A stretch of 63,275 bases of DNA, filler included, from Choristocarpus tenellus KU-1152 (taxonomy: Eukaryota > Protista > Phaeophyceae): the NCBI GenBank assembly GCA_964200185.2. It is 11 parts of 11 records of this genome, joined end to end, with 100 filler letters (N's around TTAATTAATTAA, not from the genome) between each part and the next. Parts side by side here need not be neighbours in the genome. Positions count along the whole stretch, not along the records: positions 60,313 to 63,275 come from CAXNAD020023322.1; 10 more parts are not named here. One strand, 5' to 3'. Under the pieces are notes generated by a model. The model saw nothing but the letters and a program-made list of their open reading frames with translations. It was not told the DNA's origin and ran no database searches. How positions within the stretch are numbered: position 1 is the first letter of the stretch; every line of letters starts with the position of its first letter. Below are positions 60,450 to 63,275 of the stretch, piece by piece. Both the position numbers and the translations under genes were made by a program.

Positions 60450-62820
60450 ATGCCAAAAGTCCCCTTCTTCCATAATTCTGTCATTTCCTTCTCCGTCTTC
60501 ATGAAACTCTGACTCCCCCAGTATGTCCAGCTCTGGCTCCTCCACTAACTAGCTCCAGCAGTTTGGCTTCAGGCTGGAAAGTCACCTGCGCTGAGGTCAC
60601 CAGCTTGTCTTCCTGCGGGATCCACACGTGCCAGCATAGAGATGCCCTGTCGTGCCCCGCCTTGACGTAGTGTCATTACCCCAGTCTGAGTCTCCATACC
60701 CGACCAGGCCCCAATTGTCCATTGTTGTTCCATCTTATTGTCTAATCCACCGGTGGTGTCTACGTATATCAGCAGCACTATCTTTTGCAAACCTACGATA
60801 CAACAGTTTCCTTGCACCATGTTGCGTGTATGTCGACAAGTTCAAGCTCAGCTTCGCATGTAGTCTGTAAGGCAGTCCCAGAGTCATGCCTTGGTCACCC
60901 AGGCATCAAACAGGTTGCACACCAGTTATCGGCCGGCATGCAGTGTGGAGGTCCAATGGTTGAGAAACCACTGACAGGCACCTGCAAAGTAGATGCACCA
61001 GTGGAGATAACTGTGCTTATGATATTGGCTCCGGCAAATGGGGTATTTCTGCTTTATCCAATTGAGTGGCTTAGGTACGAAGTCAAGAGGAGGAATAAAT
61101 GTCTCCACATTTCTGCCCAGCTCCTGGTCAGCACTCAAAATCGATGGTGTGAGTCCTGGTCTTAACCGTATAAAAAAAGTCAACCCAACACAAAATCAAA
61201 ATGACCAGATGAGCTCCCCTCTCAACGAGCATCTCAACTCTGCATCCAAGAAAAATCGACCAGTGATGTCACTAGTAAATATACTCTAAATCTCTGCATG
61301 ATGCACAGATACACTACCAAAATTAGATTAATTGCTACAACTTGAATATCTAAACTTCAAAGTATATATACCTAGTATGTACGTAGTGTATTGCCAATGT
61401 GCAAGAGTTTGCCAGAATAAATTGCAGAACCTCCAAATTTTCTTGTACATCTGTGTTGATATATGTTAGTAGCATGATGTGGAGGACCCCTGCACGTTGA
61501 GTATTTGGAAGGTACAGACAGCAGGGCAATAGCCGAGGAAGTCTTTTCAACCCTGATGTGGTCGTTGAGCAGTGTGCTATCGAAAATATCGATGTACGGG
61601 AACCTGTTTAAGAAAACACCCACCCTTCACATAGTCGAAGCACCCCCCCTACTACAGTATCATACTCTTGGCATAGTTTTGATGTATGCTTGGTAACCCC
61701 CCATGTATGTTTGGAATAGGTGGAATCTCTTAGATACGAATCCACAAATCTATCATGGATACCCCAATAAATTGTGTTCATTCCCAAATTAATAATGAAT
61801 ATTTATTAATTTTTTTCATAGTAAACCCTATCTTGTATACGGTCTAGGGGATGGAAGTCCAGAATTGAGGAGAGGAAATTGGTACTTGTCGCCAACCTAC
61901 ATTCTCCTACAGCAAAGCAAAATCTGAACAAACTGGTGGGGGTATACATGACTGTGAACGCAAGGAGCGCTTAACAGGACTATGGGACAATGGCAATCTC
62001 CGTAGTATACGCATATACGTATATTTGTATATCATCAAGTATTCGTTCTTATATACAATGCATCATGTTTTCCTTCTAACCAACGCCTTTTTTTCTCAGC
62101 CATGCCAACAAACGGAAGATTTAAAAAAAATGACATAGCTCAATTTTCCAGTTGCCTCTGGTCAAGACCCTGAGATTCAAGAACAGTCTCCTTGTTGTAG
62201 TCAACCCCTCCTGGTACCAAATAATGCTTGGGTTGGAATACCAGGCTCGTAGGCCAACTATACTTTTCACATTGTCGTGATTGTGTTTGTACGTGGATTC
62301 CCCACGGTCGGTGATCTCTTGTGGCTGATCGCACCCCATATGGGTCTAAAAATACAGGGCACTCCACCAACAGATGTAAGTGTTGCGGAGCAAAAATTGT
62401 GTCTATGCTTCAGCAAAACGAGATATTGCTCAGTCTTGAACAGGTCTCAAGCACCCCTTACCAAACATGTATACGTTGCTTCAATAAAATTGAAGAGGTC
62501 ATAAGCTAAGATTTGATGCAAGGTAAGATTTGTCCCAGCAATTCTCTTTTACAAGGGCGAATCGAGCACTGGGATAAATGGTAAATCTCATATTGAGGAA
62601 CCCTAAGGTCATAGGTCAAAATATGACTATTTTACAACTCCTTAGAAGCGACTGTCATTCATGAATGCCTGAGAGAATGCAGGGGAGACAAAGAGAAGGG
62701 AATTTGGGTTGATGTCTGAGCAGCGACTGAAATGCGAGGGAGAAAATGGCCTCAGAATGGCGATGTGTATTAGAGACACGCTTGGCAAGCCAGGGTAATC
62801 GTGCATACTCAAGACTTCGA
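60450..62820 (-). mobile_element. degenerate Ty1/copia pol relic (integrase/SH3, RT, RNase H order)
   Basis: DHRPWGIHVQ (~62300, copia SH3-like), LHIMLLTYINTDVQENLEVLQ (~61460, like HQMDV..AFLN.DL.E) and LVGYGDSDWGNDTTSRRGTTGH (~60650-60710, RNase H start). Many stops. Confidence 0.7.
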
Positions 62821-62826
62821 AGGTGA

Positions 62827-63011
62827 GGCTCAAAATATCTGGGAGGGGGGTTTGGCTGTCCATTTGGGGTCAATTTTTTCATATCGTGATTTTTGGGTGA
62901 TTTGGTTGCCATAAGTCGGATGGATAATGCAAATAAATGCACTTTTCCCGATTTTGGTCAAAATGGACACCCTCGTGTAGACCCCCCCCACCCCCCCAGA
63001 TACTTTGGGTC
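62827..63011. mobile_element. MITE family B copy
   Basis: ggctcaaaatatctggg...cccagatactttgggtc; TSD TGA/TGA. Confidence 0.9.
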
Positions 63012-63210
63012 TGAAAGAGGTGAGGTGGGAACATTTGGTTAGATCATGATTGAAGCACATCTTGTGGTTGGTAGTTGATAGAGAATCTGAAACTCAGTAT
63101 TAGTGTAGTGACAAAGGTTCATATGTAGGTGCAAAGTACTCCCTCTTGTCGAATTTACACCAAATAGATACACAAGCCTAAGTTCAATAAATTTGGTAAG
63201 GTAGTGAGAT

Positions 63211-63275
63211 GACCCAAAGTATCTGGGAGGGGGGTTTGGCTGTCCATTTGGGGTCAATTTTTTCATATCGTGATT
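63211..63275. mobile_element. MITE family B copy, cut by the window end
   Basis: gacccaaagtatctgggaggggg..ggctgtccatttggggtcaatttttt, nearly identical to the start of 62827-63011. Confidence 0.85.

Overview
This is eukaryotic, intron-rich nuclear DNA, not a prokaryotic window. It is about 11 separate short contigs joined by artificial 100-nt linkers (N-run, TTAATTAATTAA, N-run), so adjacency across linkers is not biological. Gene content points to a photosynthetic stramenopile, probably a brown alga or close relative (inference): a glycerate kinase with a signal peptide and 'NAF' plastid motif, a GT23 fucosyltransferase and a PRORP-type PPR protein. Recognisable spliced genes are GLYK (-), RRP40/EXOSC3 (+), a PRORP-like 5' part (+), ATG5 (-), a DENND6-like 5' part (-) and a GT23 alpha-1,6-fucosyltransferase (+). 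Several sit head-to-head with only about 145-160 bp between start codons. Intergenic and intronic DNA carries three MITE families with G-rich termini and 3-4-bp target-site duplications, a solo LTR nested in a MITE, and decayed copia, LINE and MULE relics. There are also two large pseudogenes, one with tandem Tudor-like modules and one with PDZ and zinc-finger-like segments. The most interesting object, largely invisible in the ORF track, is at 21593-25011. It is a signal-peptide gene built from phase-0 micro-exons, most encoding one peptide that starts [D/E/G/S]-Y and ends H-x(0-2)-R-x-L-x. It is a candidate multi-peptide precursor processed at RxL sites, partly decayed in this copy. All splice models and homology calls were read by eye; no searches were run.
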